Assembly (NCBI RefSeq): GCF_009914755.1
Contig: NC_060928.1
Source of the DNA: the human T2T-CHM13v2.0 reference genome, Homo sapiens
DNA length: 64,000 nt
Strand: one strand, 5' to 3'
Made by a program: the position numbers and the translations under genes. Shown here piece after piece: positions 26,265 through 39,794 of this stretch (position 1 is the first letter of the stretch; the number at the start of each line of letters is the position of its first letter). The notes below the pieces were generated by a model. It was not told the origin of the DNA. It did no database searches and worked only from the letters and a program-made list of their open reading frames with translations.

Positions 26265-27425
26265 AAAAGTGTGTCGCAAGTCCCCCTTCTCTCTCTTCCT
26301 CCTGCTCCAGCCACGTAAGATGTGACTCCTTCCTCTTCACCTTCTGCCATGATTGTAAGTTTCCTGAGGCCTTCTCAGATATGCTTCCTATACAGCTTGT
26401 CAAACCATAAAACAATTTAACCTCTTTTCCTTATAAATTACCCAGTCTCAAGTAGTTCTTTATAGCAATGTGAGAACAGACTAATACACAGGCCTTCACA
26501 TTCACTCACCATTCACTCACTGACTCACCCAGAGCAACTTCCAGGTGTGCAAGTTTCATTTGTGGTACATTCTCTATGTAGGTGTACCATCTTTTATCTT
26601 TTACACCATATTTTACTGTACCTTGTCTATGTTTAGATATACTAATAGAATTACATTAAAATTACCTACAGTATTTAGTACAATAACATGCCATACAGGT
26701 TTGTGGCCTAGGAGCAATAGGCTATATCATATAGTCTAGGCGTGTAGTAGGTTATACCATATATGTCTGTGTAAGTACACTCTGTGATGTTTGTGAAATG
26801 ACAAAATTGCTTAAGGACACATTTTTCAGAATAATTTCCCATAGTTAAGCAATACATCACCGTAGTTGTTTCTCTTATTATCAAGAGCAAAATCCTTATT
26901 GTGGCCTGTATGTAGAAATATCATAAATTCTTATTTGCCTTGGAGAGTCTTGATTTATGCCTAGTGTCCTGAAAAAATTAATAGCTTCACCTTTCACTCT
27001 CAGAAGCATAATAGTTTGAACAATAAGTTATATGGTCACCATATTCATGGGAACCTACATTCTCTGATTCGTACCCACATGTCCATTCTCATTTTTTGCT
27101 ACCCCTTCCTCTCTCTCTGTGCTTCATCTACACTTGATTTTATTTTCCTTTTATTTTTATGTCTGTGACATAATCCATCTATTACTGAGTCTCTTTTTCC
27201 ATATATTTTCCTTATCATCCCTCCTCTCTTTCTAGTTAAGCCCTTTTCATTCTCCAAATCTTAGTTCTGAAGTCAGTTCCTGAGTCAAACTTTTCATGAC
27301 CCTACAGACAAGATCAGAATCTGCTATATGCTTATATAGTGCTCAGTAGTTACCACAATCTGCAGTTATCGTATGTGTGCTCCTTTTTGGCTGATGCCTT
27401 TTCCTTAGTTGAAATTTAAGCTACA

Positions 27426-27757
<332 letters not shown>

Positions 27758-29311
27758 AATTTAAGCTACCTGAAAATTAGGGCATATCTTTCTTTTTCTT
27801 TAACCTTCCATTTTACCCCAAGGCCTGACACATAATAACAAGCATTTAATAATTTTAAATGCATTTTTTTCTTATGCAGAAAAAGGTTTGAACCATAAAT
27901 AACCATAGTAAGTGTGACACTCAGATAACCTGTGAAGAGATAGCTTTAATCTCAATCAAAGGATTTGTTTATCTCTTTCATCTCCTGGAATATATGACTC
28001 AAAGGTCACCCTTGAATGATGGTGGAAAGTGTCGGCTCTGTCTAGACAGGGATTGTTCTGCATGTCTTCTCACAAACGAAGACAATTAAGGATGGGTAAG
28101 AATGATTTATTCCAATCTTTCTTAACTATGTGGGCTGATGAAATTGTACGTGTTTTTTTTTTTTTTAATATGAAATGCTTTGGGAAAGATGGTGTGAACA
28201 AAGAAGAAAGGAGTGACAATCACTTAATCATCAAATAACCCTCCCATGGTCCCAAAGAGGAATAGTCACAGAAAAAGAGGATGAAAGTGGAAGAGGTATA
28301 TTATAACATAATGAAATGAAAGTATCAGAACTTATTATTAAAACTAGTATTCAATAGAATTATAATTTTAGATTACTCATTGCTTAAAGTCAACAATATC
28401 ATATCTTTTCTAGAACAATATGGGTACTGACAGTTGAATGTCACATTTTTTCCTACTCTCTACAGAACCACCTGAATGTGAGTTTTTGTTATGAATGAAG
28501 CCAAGATCAGGAGATCTACACAGGTGAGAGAATAACAAGATAAGCCTGATTTACAGTCAATACTTTTTGTGGTGTAGGAATTTTAGATGTTTTATCACCC
28601 ACCTGCTCACTTTTTGCAGAAGCTTTTAAGGGAAAAGGAAGAGATCACTGAAGAAGGATCCCTGAGAAAAGATTATTGCTTGTGTTATTATTGTTGTATA
28701 TGATAATATGGTGTTAATTTATTGCCTTTATATAAAAATTTGTTGGATGTTATCTGTAGTAGCTTTATCCTTAAAAGCTTTTACCGCATGTTGTAATTTT
28801 GTGACAATCCATTAGGGAAGGTTTGTGGGAGCTGGGAAAATAAGTTAAGTTCTACCTGACAGGTGGGTAAATGCAAAAGTTAGGGCTTATCAAGTTGAAG
28901 TTCAGAAAACCAGCCAAAGAAAACAAAAGATACGGGTACTTTAGTACAAAGAAGAAAAAGATTGAATCCAAAAAATTAGCTAAGGTAAAAATAAAACTTT
29001 AGATTAATAGACTAAAGAGTAAAACACTAGGAATTAAGTATCCAGACAGTCTTGGCAAGGGTTGGCATTAGAAAAAGAAGGAAAGTTGGTATCGAACTGT
29101 GGCTTACACTCCCTTCTTCAGCTGTGATTTCTTGTAGGTATAGAAGCCAGGGTCCAGCATGGCTTCCAATGATCTCTACCTCCTTGATTTCTCATCCTTG
29201 TATAGTCATCCCGTGCATTGTACTGGAATTTTTCTTGCCCATTTTCATATTGAAGAAGTAATGGTATATTAATTCTGAGATTAAGTTATAAAAGATTGTA
29301 GCTTCTTGCTT

Positions 29312-29373
29312 ATGATTGTACCGCTGCACTCCAGTCTAGGCAACAGAACAAGATGCCATCTCAAAAAAAAAAA
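29312..29373 (+). mobile_element. Severely 5'-truncated Alu with TSD
   Basis: Only the Alu 3' ~50 nt plus poly-A; TSD aaaagattgtagcttc / aaaagattgtgggttc. Confidence 0.85.
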
Positions 29374-29401
29374 AAAAGATTGTGGGTTCAATCTTTGGTG
29401 C

Positions 29402-29950
29402 TGTTATGTAAATGAACCAAACATGGTTTCTGTACAGGGCCCCTGATGTTATTTACTCCACAGCATGGTAAGGACCATTTGTTCAAAACCTGTAGGTACC
29501 AAATTCAAATTCTTACACATCCAACTGCTTTAAGTATAGCCCAAATAAGCATATATTTAGTTATTTTAAGCATTCCTGCTTTTGCATACCCTGTACAATT
29601 GCAACCAACACCTGCTAGGCATAAATAAGACAAACCTTGTAGCTTTAAAAGACTCCAAACTTCTGCTGCCCTTTGGAGCTCACTGACCCAGAAACTCCTA
29701 CCTTGTCACTGAATGACGTCACCTAGACATGGAAACCCTCTCTCAGATTCCCATCCTTCCCCAGGAGTTCCCTTGTCCTCTTCCCGCTGTGGACAGTGCC
29801 TCTTGCTGCTGTCCCTGGAAAGTCTCCTGCTCTGAGGGACTTCTGTCATGCAACCTTGTCCAAGCATCACCCAATAAATCGTGTGATGTACTGCCATTCC
29901 ATGGACTTGTTTTTCCCTTGATCAGCCTTGAAATCTTTGAACTTACCACA
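29402..29950 (+). mobile_element. Solo LTR (ERV class) nested in MLT1
   Basis: TG...CA, AATAAA at ~29873, TSD ggtgc/ggtgt. Confidence 0.75.
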
Positions 29951-31170
29951 GGTGTCCACTCTTTTTGTCTTTCTTTTGAATCTCTCATCTTGGAAGAAGG
30001 AAGTTGCAGTGTTATCAGCAGCCCTGTGGAAAAGTCCACATGGTGAGAACTCAGGCTGCCGAAACCACACAAGTGAGCTTGGAAGCAGGTTTTCCAACTG
30101 CAGCAAAATTTAGAGATGACCAGAGCTCCAGGCAAGAGCTTGACTGCAAATGGGGAGAGACCCTGAATCACACCAAACAGCTAAGCCTCTGTGAGATTCC
30201 CGACCCTCAGAAACTTCATGAAATAATAAATGTTTGTTGTCTTGAAATGTCAAATACAGGGTGATTTGTTATACAATGATAGATAAATAATACAGTAACA
30301 CCTCCTATCTGGAGTGTGGTCATCTCAGAGGTTGGATAAACATGGCCCCAGGGTAGCAAATAAGATAGCACAAGTGAAGGCAATGGTCTTTGAGGACCTG
30401 AAAGCCAACAATTACCTGACATTCGGATTTCATATCTAAATTATAAAATTAAATTTTAAAATCTGGTGATTAAAATTACCCTTCTCTCTTAATGAATTTG
30501 AAGAAATATAGGATTTCAACAGTGGGGTTGCATTAAACAAAGATTTTTAGTAAATAGCACTTGTGCATCACCACATAGAGTTAATAACTTCTATTTCCCC
30601 CAGCAGTGCCTGGAACATCTTCCTATTACTGTACATATTACTGTGCTATGCCTCCTTTTGTTTGTATTTGTTTGCTTTTGTTTCCTTAGCATCTAGATGG
30701 TGTTTGACAGATGAGCAAAAAATGGTAATATGATGTTGAACTAAATTCAGCTGATAATTAGACATTTCATGTTTTATTTCCTTTTAATTATTTGTACATC
30801 TGATATGAAGATGGGGATGAAAAAAATAACAATGCCACTGAAAAATAATTAGAAATGTCGAGTTAGAGTAAAACATTTCCTTATTAAGTTTTATTCATTT
30901 CACTTCATTAAAGGATTATCATGTGGGAAGTCATTGGGCTAAACGTTTTAATGAGAGTAAGCAGATAATTTGTAACATCACTTCTGCTTGCAAAGATATT
31001 GAAATCTAGTGAGGGAGAGTAAATAAGAAAGAAACAGGTATGTCTGGGTGAGACTATTTCTAATATCTCAAAGTTGAATTCTGGGGCCCAAACTTGTACA
31101 TAGTGTAGCCCGAGTACCCTACATTTTAAAGACAGCAAGAAAACTGACAATCATTAATATGTGACACCTT

Positions 31171-31453
31171 GGCCAGGTGGGGTGGCTCACACCTGTAATC
31201 TCAGCACTTTGGGAGGCCGAGGTGGGTGGATCACGAGGTCAGGAGTTCAAGACCATCCTGGCCAAGATGGTGAAACCCGTCTCTACTAAAAATACAGAAA
31301 ATTAGATGGATGTCGTAATCCCAGCTACCCAGGAGGCTAAGGCAGAGAATTGCTTGAATCCAGGAGGCAGAGGATGCAGTGAGCCGAGAACGCGCAACTG
31401 CACTCTAGCCTGGGCTACAGAGCAAGACTCCTTCTTAAAACAAAAAAAAAAAA
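31171..31453 (+). mobile_element. AluS with small internal deletion
   Basis: Canonical Alu; TSD g(t)gacacctt / gttacacctt. Confidence 0.93.
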
Positions 31454-34400
31454 GTTACACCTTTTTTGAGTTTACCAAAAGGGCTTAGAACCAGAAAGTT
31501 TAAGACAAGTGCCTCCAAACATAAGAAATGTTCTACTTTTTTAGAGGATGGAGTCAGCAGTTCTGACTGGGGTGATCATTCCTTCATTCACTAATTTATA
31601 TGTTCATTAATTCCAGAAATATGTATTGATCATCTCCATGCCTCTGGCATTGTGCAAGATGCAAAGGATAAAGTTGAGAGTAAGTGATTGGTTGTTTTTG
31701 CTCTCAGAAAACTTACATTTGTATTTGTCCATGAAAATCAATTAGTGTTTTAAAATGTAGATGTGTAGGTAACAGATTTTAGGAGAATGAAAAGGAATAG
31801 TATAAAAAAGGCCAATGTAAACCAGAATGTATAATGAGATGAATAAAGAAGAAGAAAAAATAAAGTGGCTGTGATGGAAATAAAGTTAAATTTTGCAGAG
31901 GAAGAGTATACGAAAATCATGTTCTTAAAAAAGAAAATTATATTTTAATTTTAACATAGACTAAATAAATTTACCCCTCTCTACTGTTAAACTTATTGGT
32001 ATGCATACATTTTTTGGATATACATATTCCTATTTATTATACAGTGACCTTTTTAGTATCACTTTTCTCATGTGCAAGGAGAGTTGACTCAATCAATAGC
32101 ACAGAATTCACAAACTACCTGTATATAGGATACTTCTAGCCAAAAATATACTCTCAAAATGAAACGAGTTGACACCATTTAAGACATGAGCATCTATACA
32201 TACATCGATGGATATTCCATCTACCTTGAAAAATCTGAACACATGACAACATTGGGTCCAATTTCTCATGGCAACAACTGGATGGAGCTGAATAAAAGCT
32301 ATCTCTTTTAAAAGGGTTGTGCTTTCTTTCATTTGTCTTAGCTTTCATAGATTGCCTTATGTACTCAATTGCATAACCTATTTGCCTATGGTTGGTATTT
32401 GGATTGGCAATTCTGATCAGGGCTTCCTGATATGCCTTTCAGTGATAAGTGTATTTCTATGATTCATTTCATTTCATACTTTACTATTTGCTGTTCTAGA
32501 AATATCCAGGAAACTTTTGTTTAACCTGTTATTATTCTAAAAAAGGGTTGGTGAATAAAAAAATTGTTCTGAAAAAGATTTTATAGATGACATTTTACCA
32601 TATGAAGGCCTTTGCTTTACAAAGATTTTTTGGCTAATCAGTTTCAATGCTGTCCTTTATCCAGTATTTATTAATTGAAAACTGTGTTGGGAGAACAAGA
32701 GAAACTGAAGATTCAGTTGCTCTAATTAAGGTAACAAGAAAGACAATAAATCTGACTCCTGAAAGATGAAGGAAAAAACAATTCCCTCACAGTTTTTACT
32801 ATATCCATTCCTTACATTATTAATAAAAGACTACACTTAAATCAAGAGTAAAGAATGACTATCATTTATTGAATACTTCTCCTGCCAAGAACCTTATGTG
32901 GATCATCTCGTTGTTAATTCTTACATGTCATTTGTAGTTGATAAAATTATTATTTCAATTTTATAGATAGGAACATTAAAAATTAGGGTGATCATGGTTA
33001 TTTACAGAATTTTCTATTTACTATATTCTCTAAACATTTATCTCCCACAAGCTATCAATATTTAGGCCTTGATATGTTCATATCTGTTCTTCATAGAGGA
33101 CTATCTGTCTAATTGCATACAATCTTACTATCCAGTATACATGCAAAAGGATGAAAATTATTGTATGGAATAAATCAACTGCTATGAGAGTAGTCTACTT
33201 GAGTTGTCTTCAATCATAAATTAATCAGAATCTGAGAAGCCCTTACTACAAAGTGGGTAGAGAGAGATTTGGACCCTAAATCCAGTTACTTTCACAGGAA
33301 AAATGGCACGGAAATAGAATAGATAGATAAAGGAGTAAAATATATTAAAAGATTCATTATTTAGCAATAAATCTGATAGTAGGGTAGCAATATGGTGCCT
33401 GACTAAGGTCAAATTTAAGGTTATCAGAGTCTGATTGTATCTAAACTAGTATCTAAACTCACTTTGGGTTGACTTTTGAATGGTTTTGCTTATATGAGCT
33501 GCACATAACAGTCAACATTAAATTGCAGAACATGTTTTTATTTATCAATTTATTATTATAAATGTATTGTTTGCAACAGAGTTATTGAGGCATGCTCCTA
33601 AAAATAACTTATCTTAATTGTTAATTACATCTTTTTTAATAGTGTGTTGCTATGTGTTCCTGGAATAACCTAAATTTTTGCATTTTACAAATTATGTCTC
33701 TAGTTATTTTTGCAAACAATAACTTAATTAAAAGTACACGTTGTGCAGCAGAAGGTATCCCTAGGAGCCTCTGTTAATTGGAATGCTTGGTTAATTAGCA
33801 TATTTTTGTTTCTACCAGGTTGTGCCAATTAGGAGTATTCTATCATATTATCATCTTGTTGATATTCTATATCATATCTGCATCACCAACTCATCAGCAT
33901 TCTTGATTCCCTAACTTTCAGAAGAGATTTCTCTGGATAAGGATAAGATGTCACTGAAATGAATTTTCCATTAGTAAAATTTTCCTCTCTATTATGAAGT
34001 TTTTCTAATGGAGTTTCTTTGTTAAATAAATTGAGGTGATAGAATGGAGCTTGAATATAATTTTGGCCTCTATTATCTTCTCAAGTTTCCACACAAATTG
34101 TAATATAAAAATTTAAGAATATCACTGTAATAAACAGGAGAACATATTTGATTAGAGGCCCAGTGTTTCTTACTTGCAGCCTCTGGTCTGTAATTGACTT
34201 ACCTTGTGATTTAACTATTCTTTACTTGTCCTACTGGGCAATTACTGGCCCAATCATCTACTGCCCTTTTGGAAAGAACTTATAATTCTTTCTAACCATG
34301 CTGTGTATGGAAATCTTGGAGCCTTGACAAGAAAGCCTATTTTTTCTGTAAAGTACTACTTTCACAATGTTTACATTAGGAATTTAAGTGAAGCTTTTAA

Positions 34401-37076
34401 TATGATGAAAAGAAACATTTGCAAGTCATATACTATGTGTCAAGAACTAGCCCCATCACATTTAGGTTTATTAACTCACACACTGGATAAAAGTATTTGA
34501 CTGATTTTATTACCTAATATGTAAGCAATTTTTCCTCAGCTTATAGTATAGTTATCTTTTCCATGATTAGCCATTTGTATTGCTAATAAAATCTATTTAT
34601 TAATTCTAGCTAGCTTTTGTGAAACAAAGACAGAAAGGAAGCCATTGGTTCAGAATGACAGGGTAATAATGAGGTTTTAAAAATACCTACTGTAGCAGAA
34701 GTTAGTAGCCATTCCATTGGGGAGGGTGGTGGTGTGTCTGTTTGGGTTCGATGGGAGTTTTCAATTCACACAGAAGAGGGGAGGAGGAACATAATATCTC
34801 CCAGGGAGAGAGTTTTGGGGGCAAGTAAAATTTTTGGGAGCTTTAAATTATACTTCAATTCCAGGTTAATTGCTTGATTATGTGGCTCCAGGTTAGGAGA
34901 AGAGATTTCTTCATTGATGGCTAAATGATAACCACCATAGTTGCAATGAGGCAGCATTCCTAAACATGTTTTAAAACAAAATGTAAATCTTGGCTCCAAT
35001 TAAACTAATTGAGAGTTTCTAAACCATTAACTTTCATTCATTGTTTGCTGAATCTCAATCTAGCTATTTTATTTCAGACACCATAATAAAGTAAAACATT
35101 GGACAATTGTTTGTTACTTTATGGTGAATCTCTGCATCCTCTTCATGTTAATCTATATAATAGCAATGATTGTAAATAAAAATTGTGTGTTTGCATGGTG
35201 AACTTTTATCTTGTTACAGATATTTTAGTCTGAATTTATAACAATATACGTTAAGCTACGTTGTGCTTTTTATACTGAAATGTTCAATTTTCAGAATCTT
35301 GTTAGTATGGTGATATGGTTTTGCTGTTTCCCCACGCAAATCTTATCTTGAATTGTAGTCTTCTATATCCCCCTGTGTCATGGGAGGGACCAAGTGGGAG
35401 GTAATTGAATCATCGGGGTGGTTACTCCCGTGCTTCTCTCATGATAGTAAGTTCTCACAAGATCTAATGGTTTTATAAGCATCTGTATTTCCCCTGCTGG
35501 CACTTCTCCTTCCTGCCACCATGTGAAGAAGGACGTTTGCTCCCCCTTCCACCATAATTGCAAGTTTCCTGAGGCCTTCTGAACCCTGCAGAACTGTGAG
35601 TCAACTAAACCTGTTTCCTTTATAAATTACCAAGTCTCAGACAGTTCTTTATAGCAGTATGGGAATGAACTAATACAATAAATTGGTACCATAGAGAGTA
35701 GGGTGCTGCTATAAGGATACTGGAAAATGTGGAAGCGACTAAGGAAATGGGTAACAGGCAGATGTTGGAACAGTTTGTGGGGAGGGGGCGCTCAGAAGAA
35801 GACAAGAAAACGTAGAAAAGTATGGAACTTCCCAGAGACTTGAAGGGCTCAGAAGACAGGAAGATGTGGGAAAGTTTGGGACTTCCTAGATATTTGTTAA
35901 ATGGCTTTGACCAAAATGCTGATAGTGATATGGACAATGAAGTCCAGGCTAAGGTAGTCTCAGATGGAGATGAGAACTTCTTGGGAACTGGAGCAAAGGT
36001 GACACTTGCTATGCTTTATCAGATATACTGGCTGCAAATTGCCCCAGCCTTAGAGATCTGTGGAACTTTGAACTTGAGAGAGATGATTTAGGGTATCTAC
36101 TGGAAGAAATTTCAAGTGGCAAAGTGTTTGAGACAAAGCAGAGCATAAAAGCTTCAAATATTTGCAGCCTGATAATGCAATAGAAAAGAGAAACCCATTT
36201 TCTGGGTAGAAATTAAAGCCTTCTGCAGAAATTTGCATAAGTAGCCAGAAGCCAAATGCTAATCACCAGGAGAATGGGGAAAGTGTCTTAAAGGCATGAC
36301 AGAGACCTTCACAGCAGCCTCTCCCATCACAGGCCCAGAAGCCTAGGAGGGAAAAATGATTTCGTGGGTCATGTCCAGGGACCCCCTGCTGTGTGCAGCC
36401 TCAGGACTTGATGCCCTGCTTCCCAGCCACTCCAGCAGTTGATAAAAGGGGCCAAAGCAAAGCTCAGGCTATTGCTTCAGAGGGTGCAAGCCACAAGCCT
36501 TGGCAGCTTTTACATGGTGTTGTGCATGCAGGTGCATAGAAGACAAGAATTGAGGTTTCAGAACCTTTGCCTAGATTTCAGAGGATGTATGGAAATGCCT
36601 GGATGTCCAGACAGAATTTTGCTGCAGGGGTGAAGCCCTCATGGAGAATCTGTGCTCAGGCAGTGCAGAAGGAAAATGTGAGCTTGGAGCTCCTACACAA
36701 AGTCCCCACTAGGGCACTACCTAGTGGAGCTGTGAGAAGAGGACCACTGTCTTCCAGACCCGAGAATGGTAGATCCACTGACAGCTTGCACCATGTTCCT
36801 GGAAAAGCTGCAGACACACACTAGCTCTGAAAGCAGCAAGGAGGGGGCTTATGCCCTGCAACGCCACAGGGGCAGAGCTGTTCAAGGACATTGGAGCCCA
36901 CCTCTTGCATCAATGTGACCTGGATGTGAGACAAGGAGTCAAAGGAAACCATTTTGGAACTTTAAGGTTTAATGACTGCCCTCTTGTATTTCAGATGTGC
37001 AAGGGGCCTGTAGCCCCTTTGTTTTGGCCAATTTCTCTCATTTGTAATTGGTGTATTTACCTAATGCCTGAACCCC

Positions 37077-37806
37077 TGATATGGCATGGCTGTGTTCCCA
37101 TCCAAATCTCATCTTGTACTATAGTTCCCTTAATCCTCACATTATGGGAGGAACATGGGGGAGGTAATTTTATCATGGGTCTTGGGGTGGTTACCTCCAT
37201 GCTGTCCTCATGATAATGAGTGTGTTCTCATGAGATCTGATGGTTTTATAAGAGGCTTTTTCCCCATTTACTCAACACTTCTCCTTTCCACTGCCAAGTA
37301 AGATATGTCTTTTTTCCTTCTTGGGCTTCTGCTACGATGGTGAGATCACCTCAGCCATGTTCAAGTGTAAGTCAATTAAACCTCTTTTTCTTTAAAAAGT
37401 GCCTAATCTTTGTGTATTAGTTCATTTTTATGCTGCTGATAAAGACATACCTGAGACTGGGAAATTTACCAAAGAAGAAGGTTTAATGGATTCACAGTTC
37501 CATGTGGCTGGGAATGCCTCACCATCATGGTGGAAGGTGAAAGGCACACGGATAAGAGAAGAGAATGAGAGCCAAGCATAGAGGTTTTCCCCTTATAAAA
37601 CCATCAGATTTTGTGAGTCTCATTCTCCACCACAAGAACAGTATGGAGGAAACCATCCCCATGATTCAATTATCTCCCACTGGGTTCCTCTCACAACATG
37701 AAGAAATTATGTAAGCTACAATTCAAGAAAAGATTTGGATGGGGACAAAACCAAACCATATCACTCTGGTATGTTTTTATTAGCAGCATGAGAACAAACT
37801 AATACA
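37077..37806 (+). mobile_element. THE1/MST solo LTR nested in the provirus
   Basis: tgatatgg...ctaataca; TSD acccc. Confidence 0.88.
37413..37763 (-). mobile_element. THE1 solo LTR nested inside the nested LTR
   Basis: tgtattagttc...ccaaaccatatca; TSD ctttg/ctctg. Confidence 0.88.
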
Positions 37807-38857
37807 ACCCCCACTGTATCTGAGTAGTAACTAGCTTGCTGTTGATTTTACATGCTCCCAGGAAGAAGGGACTTGCCTTGTTGGAGATGATACTTTGGAC
37901 AGTACACTTTTGAGTTAATGCTGAAATGAGTTAAGGATTTGGGGGACTGTGGAGAAAGCATGATTGTGCTTCTAAAAGTGAAGACATGAGATTTGGGAGG
38001 GGCCAGTGGTAAAATGATATCGTTTGACTGTGTCCCCACCCAAATCTGCTTTTGAATTATAGTCTCCATAATCCCCACATGCCATAGGAGGGATCCACTG
38101 GGAGGTAATTGAATCATGGGGGTGGTTTCTCTTATGCTGCTGTCATAATAGTAAGTTCTCACAAGATCTGATAGTTTTATAAGTGTCTGGCATTTCCTCG
38201 GCCAGCACTTCTCTTTACTGCTGCAATGTGAAGAAGCGCATGTTTTCTCACCCGTCTGCCATGGTTGTAAGTATCCTGAGGCCTTCCCAGCCCTCCAGAA
38301 CTGTGAGTCAATTAAACTTCTTTCCTTTATAAATTACCCAGTCTTGGGCAGTTCTTTATAGCACATGAGAACGAACTAATACATATGGTACAGTGGAAAA
38401 TCCTAGAAATTGGGTATCAGGAGTGCTGAATTTGAATCTCAGCTGTGTCCTTACTTTGAGGAAGTTGCTCAAACTCTCTTTGTTTCAAAATCCTTATCAG
38501 AATAATATATATTATTCTATTTGTCCTGATGACCAATTGTATTATTTTAGGAATGAGGTGGATGTCTATGTGGACAGTATAAACTATAATATTCTATCAA
38601 AAGCGAGTGAATATTTTGCATTCTGTGTGGCAAAACACATTTGAGAATTATTTTAAAAGTGTACTGATGATAGCTATAGGTTTGTTATAAGGATATGATA
38701 TTGAAGTCTATTTTTAATACAGAATATTAAATATAATTCATGAAAGAAAAGCTATATTAAAAGAACTATGAGAAGTATTTTATTTTTGAGTTAATTAGAA
38801 TTAAAAGACATGGAACTGTGGCAGATAGTGACTGTTGCTTCCATAAAATGCAGAGGA

Positions 38858-39154
38858 GGCCGGGAGTGGTGGCTCACGTCTGTAATCCCAGCAGTTTGGG
38901 AGGCCGAGGCCAGTGGATCACAACATCAGGAGATTGAGACCATCCTGGCTAACACGGTGAAACCCTGTCTCCACTAAAAATACAAAAAATTAGCCGGGCG
39001 TGGTGGCGGGCGCCTGTAGTCCCAGCTACTCGGGAGACTGAGGGAGGAGAATGTTGTGAACCCGGGAGACAGAGCTAGCAGTGAACAAAGATCACGACAC
39101 TGCACTCCAGCCTGGGCAACAGAGTGAAACTCTGTCTCAAAAAAAAAAAAAAAA
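38858..39154 (+). mobile_element. AluY/Sc
   Basis: Canonical Alu with accatcctggctaacacggtg and poly-A. Confidence 0.95.
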
Positions 39155-39794
39155 TTGCTTAGGAAACCTGATTTGCTTTATGTATTTCATTCTTCCAGTG
39201 CATTGTGCTGGGTCTTTGTAACATTAAGTCAGCAAAAGATATTCCACATAAATGGAAACCAAAAGCAAGCAGGTGTAGCTATACTTATATCAGATAAAAC
39301 AGACTTTAAGTCAAAAACAGTAAAAATAGACAAACAATGTCATTATATAATGATAAAAGAAACAATTCAACAAGAGGATGTAGCAATTCTGAATATATAT
39401 GAACCCAACACCAATGCACCCAGGTATATAAAGCAATTGGATTCAAATACATTATTAATATTTGGAGACTTCAATATCCTACTCTTAGCATTGGACAGAT
39501 CATCTAGACAGAAAAGCAACAAAGAAACAGTGGATTTAAACTGCTCTTTAAACCAAATGGACCTAACAGACATTTACAGAATACTTTACACAGCACCTGC
39601 AGAAATACATTCTTTGCATCAACACATGGAACCTTCTCCAGGATAGACTATAAATTGGGACACAAAACAGGTTTCAACAATTTTTTTTAAAATAAAACTA
39701 GAAATAAATAATAAAAAGAACTTTGGAAACTGTACAAATAGATGGAAATAAAACATGCTCCTGAACAACCACTAGCTCAATGAAGAAGTTAATT

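Larger units (their letters stand above)
24155..26488 (+). mobile_element. MST-type MaLR provirus (partial 5' LTR, deleted internal region, 3' LTR 25790-26488)
   Basis: Two direct LTRs (cccaaatctcatgt..., gccatgtaagacgtgactccttcctc), MaLR internal sequence, TSD taggc/caggc. Confidence 0.88.
23358..26862 (+). mobile_element. Tigger3/MER7-type DNA transposon, split by a MaLR insertion (24155-26488)
   Basis: 5' atggtcccataagattataatggagctaaaacattcctattg; resumes aggccttcacattcactcacc at ~26490; ends tttttcagaataatttcccatagttaagcaatacatcaccg followed by TA. Confidence 0.85.
29135..30294 (+). mobile_element. MLT1 (F-like) LTR, interrupted twice
   Basis: ggcttccaatgatctctacctcc...gccctgtggaaaagtccacatgg...aataaatgtttgttgtc...gatagataaataataca. 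Confidence 0.75.
35311..38383 (+). mobile_element. Near full-length THE1D/MSTA-type MaLR provirus
   Basis: 5' LTR 35311-35677, internal region, 3' LTR ~38014-38383, perfect TSD tatgg. Confidence 0.93.

Noticed and set aside
35790-35890. ~55-bp tandem duplication in the MaLR internal region
   Set aside because: As I recall, this duplication is a feature of this MaLR internal consensus rather than locus-specific.
39155-39646. 163-aa ORF with an endonuclease-like sequence
   Set aside because: Degraded L1 ORF2 EN fragment, truncated and frameshifted; not a host gene.
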